Of a stretch of DNA of 64,000 nt, positions 55,206 to 64,000 are shown one piece after another. The position numbers and the translations under genes were made by a program. The notes beneath the pieces were generated by a model, which had not been told where the DNA came from, searched no databases, and saw only the letters and a list, made by a program, of their open reading frames with translations. Position 1 is the stretch's first letter. Every line of letters begins with the position of its first letter. Source of the DNA: Patescibacteria group bacterium (GTDB lineage Bacteria; Patescibacteriota; Patescibacteriia; Patescibacteriales; JAQTRU01); NCBI GenBank assembly GCA_028716725.1, contig JAQUPG010000002.1, forward strand, positions 25,824 to 89,823, in the 5' to 3' direction.

Positions 55206-56534
55206 TCAATTCTTCATCTCTTCCAGCTTCACCTTAACTTCCTTGTTTTCACCCTTATGCAAAATCTTTAAAGTAATTTCATCTCCGACTTTAAATTTGC
55301 CGATCGCTGAAGACAGAGGATTATTGGCGTCAATTTTTTTGCCGTTTACTTCCAGAATAATATCATTTTCCGCTAACCCGGCTTTATCCGCTGGTGAACC
55401 AGGAATAACGGCCAAATCAGTCCGGTTTTCTCCCCGGACAATCAGGGCGCCGTAATCAACGCTTAATTTATTAGCATCAGCTATAGATTTATCAACCAAA
55501 ACATATCTTACCCCCAGCCAAGGCCTGACAATCCGGCCGTTTTTCTTAACGCTTTCAATCGTGTCTTTTAAATCATTAATCGGAATAGCAAAGCCGATAT
55601 TCTGGGCGTTCTGCGCGATGGCGGTATTTATGCCAATTACCTGGCCGGCCAGATTAAGCAACGGACCGCCGGAATTGCCGGAATTAATAGAGGCATCAGT
55701 CTGGATAACGCCGCTTAATTGTTCGCTTCCTAACCCGATCCCGCCGGCGGTAATTGAGCGGGACAAGCCGGAAATTACCCCGGTCGAAACCGTATTCCTG
55801 AATTCGCCCAAAGCATTGCCGATAGCGATGACAGTCTGCCCGACTTTTAAATTGCTTGAATCTCCTAATTCCACCGTCGGAAATTTTTCTCCCTCGCCCG
55901 CCGAAGCTTTGGCGGAGGCGGGCTCAATCTTTAAGACGGCTAAATCGGTGGCCGGATCCCGGGCCAAAACTTTCGCTTCATGTTTTGTTTCATCATTCAT
56001 TAAAACCGTATATTCCGCTTCTTCATCAAGAACCACGTGCTTGTTGGTGACTATATAACCGTCGGAAGAAACAATAAAGCCGGTGCCGCCCCCTATTTCC
56101 TGTTTCGTTGTGCCGTTCTGTTTTTGCTTCGGCGCAGGCGGATTGGCATTGGGGCCGAACAATTCATCAAAATTATCGCCGAAAAATTGGCGCAAAAAAT
56201 CGTCCCCAAAAGAATTATTATAATACTGTTCAACCGTGGGCAAATCCTTGCTGATAATAATGCTGACTACGGCCGGTGAAACTTTTTCCGCAGCCGTAAT
56301 AACGCCCGACTCCTCCTCTACTTTTACGATTTTCTCCCCCTGGTTTGCGCTTCCCTCTAACCCAGAACCAGCCGGCTGGCCGGTAGCAACCCCCTTTAAC
56401 CAGCTAAATAAATTAAATTGGGCGGCAGACGATACCGTGCCGGCCCAAAAACCCATTGCTCCCCCAAAAACAGAACTAACTATCATGGAAGAAACAATAA
56501 TGGTTATAAAAGTCTTCTTAAAATTGTTCTCCAT
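55206..56534 (-). CDS. htrA: HtrA/DegP serine protease with one PDZ domain
   Basis: TNKHVV, TDLAVL, QTDASINSGNSGGPL; start at MENNFKK. Confidence 0.95.
   Translation of the reverse strand: MENNFKKTFITIIVSSMIVSSVFGGAMGFWAGTVSSAAQFNLFSWLKGVATGQPAGSGLEGSANQGEKIVKVEEESGVITAAEKVSPAVVSIIISKDLPTVEQYYNNSFGDDFLRQFFGDNFDELFGPNANPPAPKQKQNGTTKQEIGGGTGFIVSSDGYIVTNKHVVLDEEAEYTVLMNDETKHEAKVLARDPATDLAVLKIEPASAKASAGEGEKFPTVELGDSSNLKVGQTVIAIGNALGEFRNTVSTGVISGLSRSITAGGIGLGSEQLSGVIQTDASINSGNSGGPLLNLAGQVIGINTAIAQNAQNIGFAIPINDLKDTIESVKKNGRIVRPWLGVRYVLVDKSIADANKLSVDYGALIVRGENRTDLAVIPGSPADKAGLAENDIILEVNGKKIDANNPLSSAIGKFKVGDEITLKILHKGENKEVKVKLEEMKN
55897..55922. repeat. Family B element in frame in htrA
   Basis: CCCGCCGAAGCTTTGGCGGAGGCGGG, 25/26 identical to intergenic 35782-35807. 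Confidence 0.9.
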
Positions 56535-56697
56535 ATTAATTTTAGGATAAGGATGGGGAAAGATATCCTTTTTATATAATATAATACGAATTAAACCGCT
56601 TTCTGCTTTCACGCTGTAGGATTCTCGGGATTTTTAAAAAACAACTCTATCTCAAGAATCCTAAGAGTCTTAAGAATCCCAAAAATCTCAATTAGCA

Positions 56698-58161
56698 CTA
56701 GGCGAACGGCAAATTAGCCGGAGGGGAAATATCTTTATTAGGATTATTACCGTTTCCGGCCGCAACCCCGCCCCGCAATTCCTTCCGGCCGTTTTTATTG
56801 TTTGCCTCCTCTCTTATAAATTCCGGCTCAAGCATAGCTTCGCTTACTATTTCCTCGCCGATCGGCAGCTGCATAGGCGGGCCGCCTTTTCTGCCCGGCG
56901 CTTTTTGGATCATCGGCGCTTTAACCACGAACTCTATCGGGAAATGCCAAAGGGTCGCCAGTTCTTCTATGGTCATTATGCCCATATTTCTTCCCCGGGT
57001 GGTGCTGCGGCCTTTATAAGCCCGCATAATTTTATTTTTTCTTATCTTAACGCGGTAATCTGTAAAAAAATAATCTGCCGAAGTCGCCGTTATGTCCATG
57101 TCCGGTTTTAAATTATTCAGGTCTAAATCCATAAATTGCTTCATGTAGCCGACAAACCCTTCTCTGACTTTTGGTTTGTTCATTATCTCTTTTTTGGCGA
57201 CATAAATAAACCGGGATTTAAATTGAAAGCCTAATTGGCTGGACTTATTCTGAATAGCCTCAACCTTCTTTTTTTCTTTCGGCTTTAAATTCATCATCTT
57301 CAAAGCGTCGTCTTTTTCATCCTTTTCCTCGATATCCCCCCAAAGCTTATAAACAGCCTCACTGAATCTTTCTATCCAACCCAATATATTATCTATCACC
57401 CTATTCGAAAAAGTAGCTGGCAATTTTTCCTTTAAAATTCTTTTTACTTCCTTTTCCCCTTCTTCCGGCCAATCAAACCCCATTGGCTTAATCAGTATCT
57501 GAAACCAAAACTGTTCGCCTTTTTTTAAGCTGCTGCATAAATCCATCAAAGTCGCCATAGTATCTTTGTATTGGGCTTCTGGCGGACCCATCTGGTGCTC
57601 AAATTCTTTATAAGTCTTAATCGGGTAGACGGGACTTTTAGCCTGGATAAATTCGCATCCCCAGATATCATAAACTTCATCCGGATATTTATCCGGTATG
57701 CCTTCGGTATAATCATCAACTTCGGTAATCTCCGCGTCCGGGTATTGGGAATAAACCGCGGCTTCAACCATATCCCGGAATTTCACGTGCGGGCGGATTA
57801 AAAACTGGGTGTAACCTTCAATGCTGACGATCTCAAAACTGAAAGGTATTTGAAATTGCCCCTCCCAATATTTTTCTATCAGGGTATGGGTTTTGTGGGC
57901 CCCGCCGATATAAGTAAATAAATTTTCTACCGCTTTAATTGTCTGCTCATTGCTGCGCGGAATATCAACGGCCAAAAGAACATACTTATTTGTCTTATCC
58001 CACTGGGTCTTTATATAAAAAAGCCAAGATTCCTTCGCCCCCCAAAGGAAAGCGATAGAAATCGGCAGCCAGCCGAACAATAAAAAAGTCCGCCACATCA
58101 GTAAATCCGGCCTGGTATTAAAAAAATTATAAATAGACGAAAAGTCAATAACTATATCCAT
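56698..58161 (-). CDS. Conserved hypothetical membrane-anchored protein (CPR-type)
   Basis: N-terminal TM, FSFEIVS, YSQYPDAEITEVDDY, YPIKTY, EELATLWHFP. Confidence 0.75.
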   Translation of the reverse strand: MDIVIDFSSIYNFFNTRPDLLMWRTFLLFGWLPISIAFLWGAKESWLFYIKTQWDKTNKYVLLAVDIPRSNEQTIKAVENLFTYIGGAHKTHTLIEKYWEGQFQIPFSFEIVSIEGYTQFLIRPHVKFRDMVEAAVYSQYPDAEITEVDDYTEGIPDKYPDEVYDIWGCEFIQAKSPVYPIKTYKEFEHQMGPPEAQYKDTMATLMDLCSSLKKGEQFWFQILIKPMGFDWPEEGEKEVKRILKEKLPATFSNRVIDNILGWIERFSEAVYKLWGDIEEKDEKDDALKMMNLKPKEKKKVEAIQNKSSQLGFQFKSRFIYVAKKEIMNKPKVREGFVGYMKQFMDLDLNNLKPDMDITATSADYFFTDYRVKIRKNKIMRAYKGRSTTRGRNMGIMTIEELATLWHFPIEFVVKAPMIQKAPGRKGGPPMQLPIGEEIVSEAMLEPEFIREEANNKNGRKELRGGVAAGNGNNPNKDISPPANLPFA

Positions 58162-58228
58162 CTTTGTTTTTTACATTTACTATCAACTATCCTTATTTTA
58201 ACACATTTTCCTGTTTTTAGACAAATAA

Positions 58229-58262
58229 AAACCGCCCCCTTGGCGAGGGAACGGTTTTTCTT
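58229..58262 (-). terminator. Intrinsic terminator
   Basis: AACCG.CCC...GGGAACGGTT hairpin with flanking A/T tracts. Confidence 0.55.
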
Positions 58263-58280
58263 ATGTAGATCCTATAAATT

Positions 58281-59516
58281 TTATTGTCCGGCAACAGCCG
58301 TCTTTAAACTTTCTATTAACTGATATTTATTCCCGGCCTTCTCAAACATTTCCCTGTTCATTAAAGCTAAAACTATGGTTGTCTTTTTTACCAGGCGCTT
58401 TTCTAAAACCTTGTCAATAATCTCGTCGCGGGTCAGGGGCTTGCCGGCTTCAATTAAAACATCTTTTATGACTTCAGCCACCGTGCCTTCTTTATACCCC
58501 CATTCCTTCAAGCCATAAAGACCCCGGCCGACTAAAACATATTTGTCGTCAAGAATCAGTTCGTTGTGGACCGTGGCGGCATTGGCCTTTTTGCTGTCAA
58601 AGCCGGTCTGATTGATGTGGTCGGCAATCTCGGCAAAATGCATCGGCTTGCCATGATTTTTTAAGACCAGATATATTTTATCGTTTATTGTCTTCGGCTT
58701 TATTTCCCGCCAGTCATAAATTCCCCAATGCCCGAATTTATTCTGCTCCACCTTCCTTAAGGCCCGCAGAAGAGAATATAAAACTTTATTATTGTTTATA
58801 ATATCCATTTTTTCCTCAACCGGGCTATTGCCTAAAATTCTGGAAATATCAAGGCTATAAGGAATATTGAACTTCTCCCGATTCTTATCATAGCTTTCCA
58901 GTTTAGTAAAAAGCTCTATCAATTCTTCTGTTTTAAATATTTTCTTTAAACTTTCTATTTTTCCGATCAATTCACGGGATAATTCTTCAAGATGGTCAAG
59001 GGTCTGGTACCTTAATTTATAAAAATCCAAAAATAGCTCGGAGTCGCTTACTTCCTCAAACTCTTCCGGCAATAATTTCGAAATAAGAAAGTCAAGGTGG
59101 CTTTTATGGATCAGCTCTTCGTCTTTTTCCCGGCCATCGCCGTTTAAAGAAAACTTAGCTAAAGCATTAAGCAGATACTGCCTTTCCATAAGGCCGCCGT
59201 GTTCTTCCAAAAGCTGCGAAGTTACTTTCTTTAAAATATCAACATAACTTTCCAATTTTTCCAGCTGGCGCAGTTTTTTTATGCCGGAAACTTCAATTTG
59301 CCTTATTCTTTCCCTGGTTAATTTATGGGCCTGACCCACCTTTTCTAAGGTTTCTTTGCCAAGGCCATGCAAACCAAAACGACGGGTAAGAACGTCTTTC
59401 TCCCTATCCGCTAGTTCACTAAGCAAATTATTTACGATTTCCACCGCATTTAATTTTGCTATTTCTTCGGCTTTCTGATTGTTTATGATTTTGTCGAGTA
59501 TTGAGATATTTTCCAT
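58281..59516 (-). CDS. Sigma70 region 4 HTH plus HARE-HTH (RNA polymerase delta-like) protein
   Basis: RRFGL...ETLEKVG...LTRERIRQIE; PMHFAEIA, TVHNELI, FVLVGRG-like YVLVGRGLYGLKEWG. Confidence 0.85.
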   Translation of the reverse strand: MENISILDKIINNQKAEEIAKLNAVEIVNNLLSELADREKDVLTRRFGLHGLGKETLEKVGQAHKLTRERIRQIEVSGIKKLRQLEKLESYVDILKKVTSQLLEEHGGLMERQYLLNALAKFSLNGDGREKDEELIHKSHLDFLISKLLPEEFEEVSDSELFLDFYKLRYQTLDHLEELSRELIGKIESLKKIFKTEELIELFTKLESYDKNREKFNIPYSLDISRILGNSPVEEKMDIINNNKVLYSLLRALRKVEQNKFGHWGIYDWREIKPKTINDKIYLVLKNHGKPMHFAEIADHINQTGFDSKKANAATVHNELILDDKYVLVGRGLYGLKEWGYKEGTVAEVIKDVLIEAGKPLTRDEIIDKVLEKRLVKKTTIVLALMNREMFEKAGNKYQLIESLKTAVAGQ

Positions 59517-59624
59517 AAATTTCTAAAAGCAAGGGGTATTTAAAATAAAAAAATTATTTATAATTTTAGCTAATATTAGTTAAAATATAATAATAAATTA
59601 AAATATTTTGTCTACTATGTTGGT

Positions 59625-59653
59625 AATATAGCATAAATTTTTATATGTGTCAA
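59625..59653 (-). promoter_or_regulatory. sigma70 promoter
   Basis: TTGACA-17bp-TATATT with extended TG on the minus strand. Confidence 0.65.
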
Positions 59654-59725
59654 TAGCTATAAAAAATAATAAAACAGGGCCATCCGCCCCGCTCTTTTTA
59701 CATTCACCTCCTAAAAGCTAATACC

Positions 59726-60664
59726 TCAAAATCCCAAATACTGCACTTCTTCCTGCAATTGGATATTAAATCTGTTTCTGACTTGTTGCTTTATATAGCT
59801 AATAAGCATAATAATATCCTCGGCCGTGGCCTGGCTGGTATTAACGATAAAATTAGCATGCTCCAGGCTTACTTTCGCTCCCCCGATTTTCTTGCCCTTT
59901 AGCCCGGCCAATTCTATCAGCCAGCCAGCCCCAACTTTGCCGTCTTTAATCACGCCGGCTTGGTTCGCTAAATCCGCGATATTCGCATTGTTCTCCTTTA
60001 AATAATCAATTGGCAAATTCTTAAAAACCGATCCGGCACTGGGCAGTTTCGGCTGGCGGTTTTGCCTGGATTCTAAAAACTTATTGACCGCGGATTCAAT
60101 TTCTTTTTTATTTCCTTTTGCCAATTTTAAAACAGCGTTCCAAATTAAATAATTATTATCTTTTTTAAAAACACTTTCCCGATAATCAAAGCAACAGTCT
60201 TTATGGCTGAACAATTCAAATTTTCCTTTTTTTATATTAAAAACTTCAATCGTTTCCACTATATCATTCATAGATGAGCCAAAAGCTCCGGCGTTTCCCC
60301 TAACCGCTCCCCCGATTGTTGCTCTCGGAATGCCGGCCGCCCATTCCAGGCCGGATAAATTATCGCCCATGGCCAGGCGCACGGCCCGGGCTAAAACCGC
60401 TCCGGCTTGTGTCTCCATTCTCTCCCCATGGATTTTAATATTGTCATTGGCCATTCTTACCACTAAACCATCTACGCCTTTGTCATTAATTATAATATTG
60501 CTACCCCCGCCAAGAATATAAAATTTCTCTTTATTTTCTTTAGCCCATTTTATCGCTTCCGATAAATCATCTTTCTCTTTTACTTCAATAAAAAACTTAG
60601 CCGGACCGCCAATCCGGAAAGTCGTAAATTGGGCTAAAGGTATGTTTTCTTGAATTTTATCCAT
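59726..60664 (-). CDS. murB: UDP-N-acetylmuramate dehydrogenase
   Basis: TTFRIGGPA, LGGGSN, GNAGAFG, PSAGSVFKN, HANFIVN; start at MDKIQE. Confidence 0.97.
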   Translation of the reverse strand: MDKIQENIPLAQFTTFRIGGPAKFFIEVKEKDDLSEAIKWAKENKEKFYILGGGSNIIINDKGVDGLVVRMANDNIKIHGERMETQAGAVLARAVRLAMGDNLSGLEWAAGIPRATIGGAVRGNAGAFGSSMNDIVETIEVFNIKKGKFELFSHKDCCFDYRESVFKKDNNYLIWNAVLKLAKGNKKEIESAVNKFLESRQNRQPKLPSAGSVFKNLPIDYLKENNANIADLANQAGVIKDGKVGAGWLIELAGLKGKKIGGAKVSLEHANFIVNTSQATAEDIIMLISYIKQQVRNRFNIQLQEEVQYLGF

Positions 60665-60830
60665 ATATCCCGAGAATCTTAAGAATCCTAAGAATCCAAA
60701 AGATCCTACTATAAATTTTACCAAAAAAACAGGCAAAAATCCAGCCTTGACTTCCTTATTGATTAATGCTTAAATAAATTAATTTACAATAAAATATCGT
60801 AAACGCACATTTCAATCAAGGAGCGGTTCA

Positions 60831-61448
60831 ATGAAAAGGTATTTCCTTTTCTTCGTTTTAGCGCTTTTCATCCTGTCTTCACATACTGAAGCCCAATGGT
60901 TTAAATTTTCCAACGCCAAGATTTCATACGGCCAAAGCCCATTTTTCTCAAGTTTCAATGCCGAAGGAACTTTTGAAAAACAGGGGCGCAAGCTTGTGGG
61001 CGCAGTTAATGAGACAAGGGGTTATACTAAATACGGTATTGTTTTTCCGCATATAACTCTGTTTGCAAGCGGTGGCATTCAAAATAAGGCTCCATGGCTT
61101 GGCCCGGAAGCGGACTTTAGTTTCTGGAAATTTTCTACTCTCCACTGGACGGGTTGGATGTTCGGATACCTTGACGAGGAAAGTAAAAAATATTTGCCAA
61201 GGTGGCAAAATCCGCATTATTTTTTCGCCCTGAATGCCATATATCTTTCGCAGGAGTTCTTAAAAGGGAAAATAACCATAAGCCATACCGTTTTCCATAA
61301 GCCGAACCAAAAACCGGATCACATGCCCGGTATTTCTCTCCAGCTTCCGTTCGGAGAAAATGGAAATTTCTCGTGGTCTATAGGCGGAGATTACAGCCTA
61401 TTGCACCAGTCGCCACTATTCAATATGAGTTTAAAGTACATCCCTTAG
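60831..61448 (+). CDS. Secreted beta-strand-rich hypothetical protein
   Basis: Signal peptide ending TEA-Q, aromatic-rich alternating strands, AAGGAG SD. Confidence 0.75.
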   Translation: MKRYFLFFVLALFILSSHTEAQWFKFSNAKISYGQSPFFSSFNAEGTFEKQGRKLVGAVNETRGYTKYGIVFPHITLFASGGIQNKAPWLGPEADFSFWKFSTLHWTGWMFGYLDEESKKYLPRWQNPHYFFALNAIYLSQEFLKGKITISHTVFHKPNQKPDHMPGISLQLPFGENGNFSWSIGGDYSLLHQSPLFNMSLKYIP

Positions 61449-61474
61449 CAGAAGACTTGCCTACGCTCCCATCA

Positions 61475-61502
61475 AAAACGCCCGGTTACCCGAGCGTTTT
61501 TT
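61475..61502 (+). terminator. Intrinsic terminator
   Basis: AAAAACGC.CGG-TTAC-CCG.GCGTTTTT. Confidence 0.75.
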
Positions 61503-61531
61503 ATTTTCTATTTTAAATCGTCTCAAAATGG

Positions 61532-62053
61532 TTATTTTATTTTATCAAGATCATCAACTTTTAAACCCATTTCTTCGAGAACAATATCACGGAAATAAAT
61601 TGATCCGGCCAACATAACTTCAGCTAAAGTAATACCTTTACTAAAAGCATAATTTTTCAATCTGTTGGCTTCTTGCTCTGATAACCCAAGTTTTTCAATC
61701 GTAAAAGTATTTTTGGTTGTTTCCTGGACATCATAAGCGGTTTGCGGTTTTGACTCCTTGATTTTTTTTATTAGAGATTCTTTTTGGGCTTTTAATATCT
61801 CTAAAATTCCGCTATTTTGCAGAACTTCTTGACCGAGCGGGGTTAATTTAATCGGCGATTGCCCTATAGCAACACCAAAGAGTTTGCCTTCAATTTTGCA
61901 AATTCTTTTATCTATATCGGATAATTTATCATTTGCCTTATCCCAACAGTCCTTTAAATCGTCAAGAATCTGAAATTTTCTGCCTATACAAAGCAACCCG
62001 ATAATAATAGATGGGATACCAATGCCTAAAATAATTTTTAAAGCTAAATCCAT
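61532..62053 (-). CDS. Hypothetical membrane-anchored protein
   Basis: N-terminal TM, short coiled coil, SPIKLTPLG motif. Confidence 0.7.
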   Translation of the reverse strand: MDLALKIILGIGIPSIIIGLLCIGRKFQILDDLKDCWDKANDKLSDIDKRICKIEGKLFGVAIGQSPIKLTPLGQEVLQNSGILEILKAQKESLIKKIKESKPQTAYDVQETTKNTFTIEKLGLSEQEANRLKNYAFSKGITLAEVMLAGSIYFRDIVLEEMGLKVDDLDKIK

Positions 62054-62367
62054 ATTGTATTATAAAATCTATATATTTTTTATAACAAAAAATTAACAAC
62101 CATTGTGATAGCGTTTGCTAGCCCGTTACACATAAAATTTATGTTTAATTTTGAGTCCCTTTATACTTATCCACATTATACCATAAACAGCAAACGTTAT
62201 CCAAATATAGCACCCGGGAAGATTATGTCAATACCCCTTGACTTAGCCTAAAAGCCCGGTTCACACCCGAGCGTTTTTTTTATTAAAGATATGAGAAAAT
62301 CCCCCCCCTAGTCCCCCTTTTCGAAAGGGGGCAATGTTATGCGTTCCACGTTATGCGATATGCGACG

Positions 62368-64000
62368 TCAATCCACCTCTCCCATTCTCTGCAGTTTTAA
62401 CAATTCGGCATACAAGCCGCCTTTTCTGTTGGCCAGTTCAAAGTGGCTGCCTTCTTCGGATACTTTTCCGTCTTCCAAAACAATAATTTTATCCGCTTTT
62501 TTAATCGTGCTTAAGCGGTGGGCAATAATTATTACCGTCCTGTCCCGTTTGATTTTTTCCATTGCTTCCTGAATTAATTTTTCGCTTTTGCTGTCTAAGT
62601 TGGAGGTCGCTTCGTCAAAAATTAAAATCCGCGGATTGGCCAAAACCGCCCGGGCAATGCCGATTCTCTGCTTCTGCCCGCCGGAGAGTTTAATCCCCCG
62701 TTCCCCGACCAGAGTTTCATATTTACCCGCTAACTGACCAATAAACTCATCGGCATTGGCAATTTTAGCCGCAGCTTTAATTTCCGCCAAACCGACGCGC
62801 GGGTTGGCATAAGAAATATTGTCGCGCACGCTCGTATTAAAAACTTCCACTTCCTGCGGCACAATGGCAATAAATTTTCTGAATTCATATAAATCATAAT
62901 CCTTTAAATTTTTGCCATCCAAAAATACGGTTCCGCTTTGCGGGTCATAATGCCGGTAAATCAGGCGCACGACCGTAGTTTTGCCCCCGCCGGACGGGCC
63001 GACCAGAGCCGTAGTGCAGCCGGAATTTATTTTTAGATTTACTTTGTCAAGCGCCTTGGTATGGCTGCCTTCATAAATAAAATTTACATTATTGAACTTA
63101 ACCTCCCCCTTTAAATCTTTAACTTTAAGGCCATTTACCGGATTAATAATATCAAGTTTTTGATTGGCCAGTTTATAGAGGCGGTTGATCGCTTCGCTTG
63201 AATCCATGATCCGGTCATAAAGCCGGGAAATTCTGAATAACGAAATCAGGGCCTTTTCTGAAATCGTAATTATGAAGACTAAACTGCCGATAGTGATGCC
63301 GCCGCTCCAAACCAGATAAACGCCAAAAAGTATTATTAAAACCCGGCCGACAGTTATAACCGTACTGCGGGAATAATTATAGCTGAGCATCTTAAAAAAT
63401 TCGAACAGCGCGACTTTTTTACTCTTGTCTTTTATCTTTTTAAACTCATCTACCTCCCTGTCTTCCTGAACAAATGACTTTACGGTATTGATATTTATTA
63501 TTGTCTGAGTCATTTTGCCGGCGGCTTCTTCATATAAATCATGGCGCAACCGGCGCAGCGGAGAAATCTTTTTATTTAATTTCGCGGTCAGATAAATAAA
63601 AACCGGAGTAAAGAGGGAAAAAATTAAGCCGAAACGCCAGTCAACCAAGAATAAGATGACTCCGGTCATGACTACCTGGATAATCGTCGGCCCGACTTCC
63701 CAGAAAAAATTTCCGATCAAATCGGTTATCTTATCAATGCCCCGATGAATCTTAAAAATTTTATTGCCGGTATTTTCTTTTTCATGGTAGCTTAATCCCA
63801 ACTCCACCATTTTTTTCTGGGCGTTAATCGACAAATACCTTTCCACGCCGACAATAATTCTAAATATTTTTTTATCGGCAAAATAATCGATTAAATTGAC
63901 TAATAAATCAGAAATTAATATTAAAATAATCAAGATTATTATATCTTTTATGTACTCAACTTTAAAATCGGTAATTAAATCAATAATCCGTTTTAGCAGG
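62368..64000 (-). CDS. ABC transporter ATP-binding/permease (MsbA-like exporter), 5' truncated
   Basis: GPSGGGKTT, LSGGQKQR, FDEATSNLD, IAHRLSTI and a TM domain. Confidence 0.95.
   Translation of the reverse strand, partial: LLKRIIDLITDFKVEYIKDIIILIILILISDLLVNLIDYFADKKIFRIIVGVERYLSINAQKKMVELGLSYHEKENTGNKIFKIHRGIDKITDLIGNFFWEVGPTIIQVVMTGVILFLVDWRFGLIFSLFTPVFIYLTAKLNKKISPLRRLRHDLYEEAAGKMTQTIININTVKSFVQEDREVDEFKKIKDKSKKVALFEFFKMLSYNYSRSTVITVGRVLIILFGVYLVWSGGITIGSLVFIITISEKALISLFRISRLYDRIMDSSEAINRLYKLANQKLDIINPVNGLKVKDLKGEVKFNNVNFIYEGSHTKALDKVNLKINSGCTTALVGPSGGGKTTVVRLIYRHYDPQSGTVFLDGKNLKDYDLYEFRKFIAIVPQEVEVFNTSVRDNISYANPRVGLAEIKAAAKIANADEFIGQLAGKYETLVGERGIKLSGGQKQRIGIARAVLANPRILIFDEATSNLDSKSEKLIQEAMEKIKRDRTVIIIAHRLSTIKKADKIIVLEDGKVSEEGSHFELANRKGGLYAELLKLQRMGEVD

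Noticed and set aside
4122-57801. Numerous 60-215 aa ORFs antisense to well-supported genes (e.g. 4122-4646, 20265-20765, 32801-33448, 50704-51273, 55561-56058)
   Set aside because: Shadow ORFs without recognisable motifs or initiation signals.
62167-62205. oriC from DnaA boxes TTATCCACA (62167) and TTATCCAAA (62197)
   Set aside because: Only two boxes, no dnaA/dnaN, and gene orientation does not switch here.
1-64000. CRISPR array
   Set aside because: No regularly spaced direct repeats with unique spacers and no cas genes.
1-64000. Alternative genetic code (UGA=Gly as in Gracilibacteria/Absconditabacteria)
   Set aside because: Conserved genes are full length in code 11, and several (lysC, murB, htrA) end at TGA at the expected position.

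Overview
A chromosomal segment from a low-GC bacterium. The gene content (DUF4012, DUF11 Ig-like proteins, O-antigen-ligase/TPR membrane proteins, a baseplate-J-like protein, a sigma70-r4/HARE-HTH protein, AT-rich leaders without Shine-Dalgarno sites) points to Patescibacteria/CPR, probably Parcubacteria; this assignment is inference. Core genes run almost entirely on the minus strand: mscL, cca, gap, ricT, tsf, rpsB, lepB, mnmA, glycosyltransferases, rnpB, tgt, parAB, thrS, dnaE, uppP, htrA, murB, a group A [FeFe]-hydrogenase with a NuoF-like partner, and tRNA-Pro and tRNA-Ala. The plus strand carries tRNA-Leu and a few self-contained cassettes (DUF6765, an alpha/beta hydrolase, purB-purE-purC, lysC, a beta-barrel-like protein). 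The strongest unexplained signal is a dense set of short palindromic elements. One family has CCCCGTTAGA...TCTAACGGGG terminal inverted repeats, 4-bp target duplications and unrelated interiors. It inserts in frame into genes, or directly onto start codons while supplying a replacement ATG. Other GC-rich palindromes and 7-bp tandem repeats add peptides to cca, hydA, mnmA, tgt, htrA and others. Also notable: a transcriptional Thr T-box with an apparently ultra-short stem I, a Tgt lacking all zinc ligands, a covarying leader motif shared by purB and purE, and a frameshifted secreted lectin-like protein. All calls are from reading the sequence; no database searches were run.
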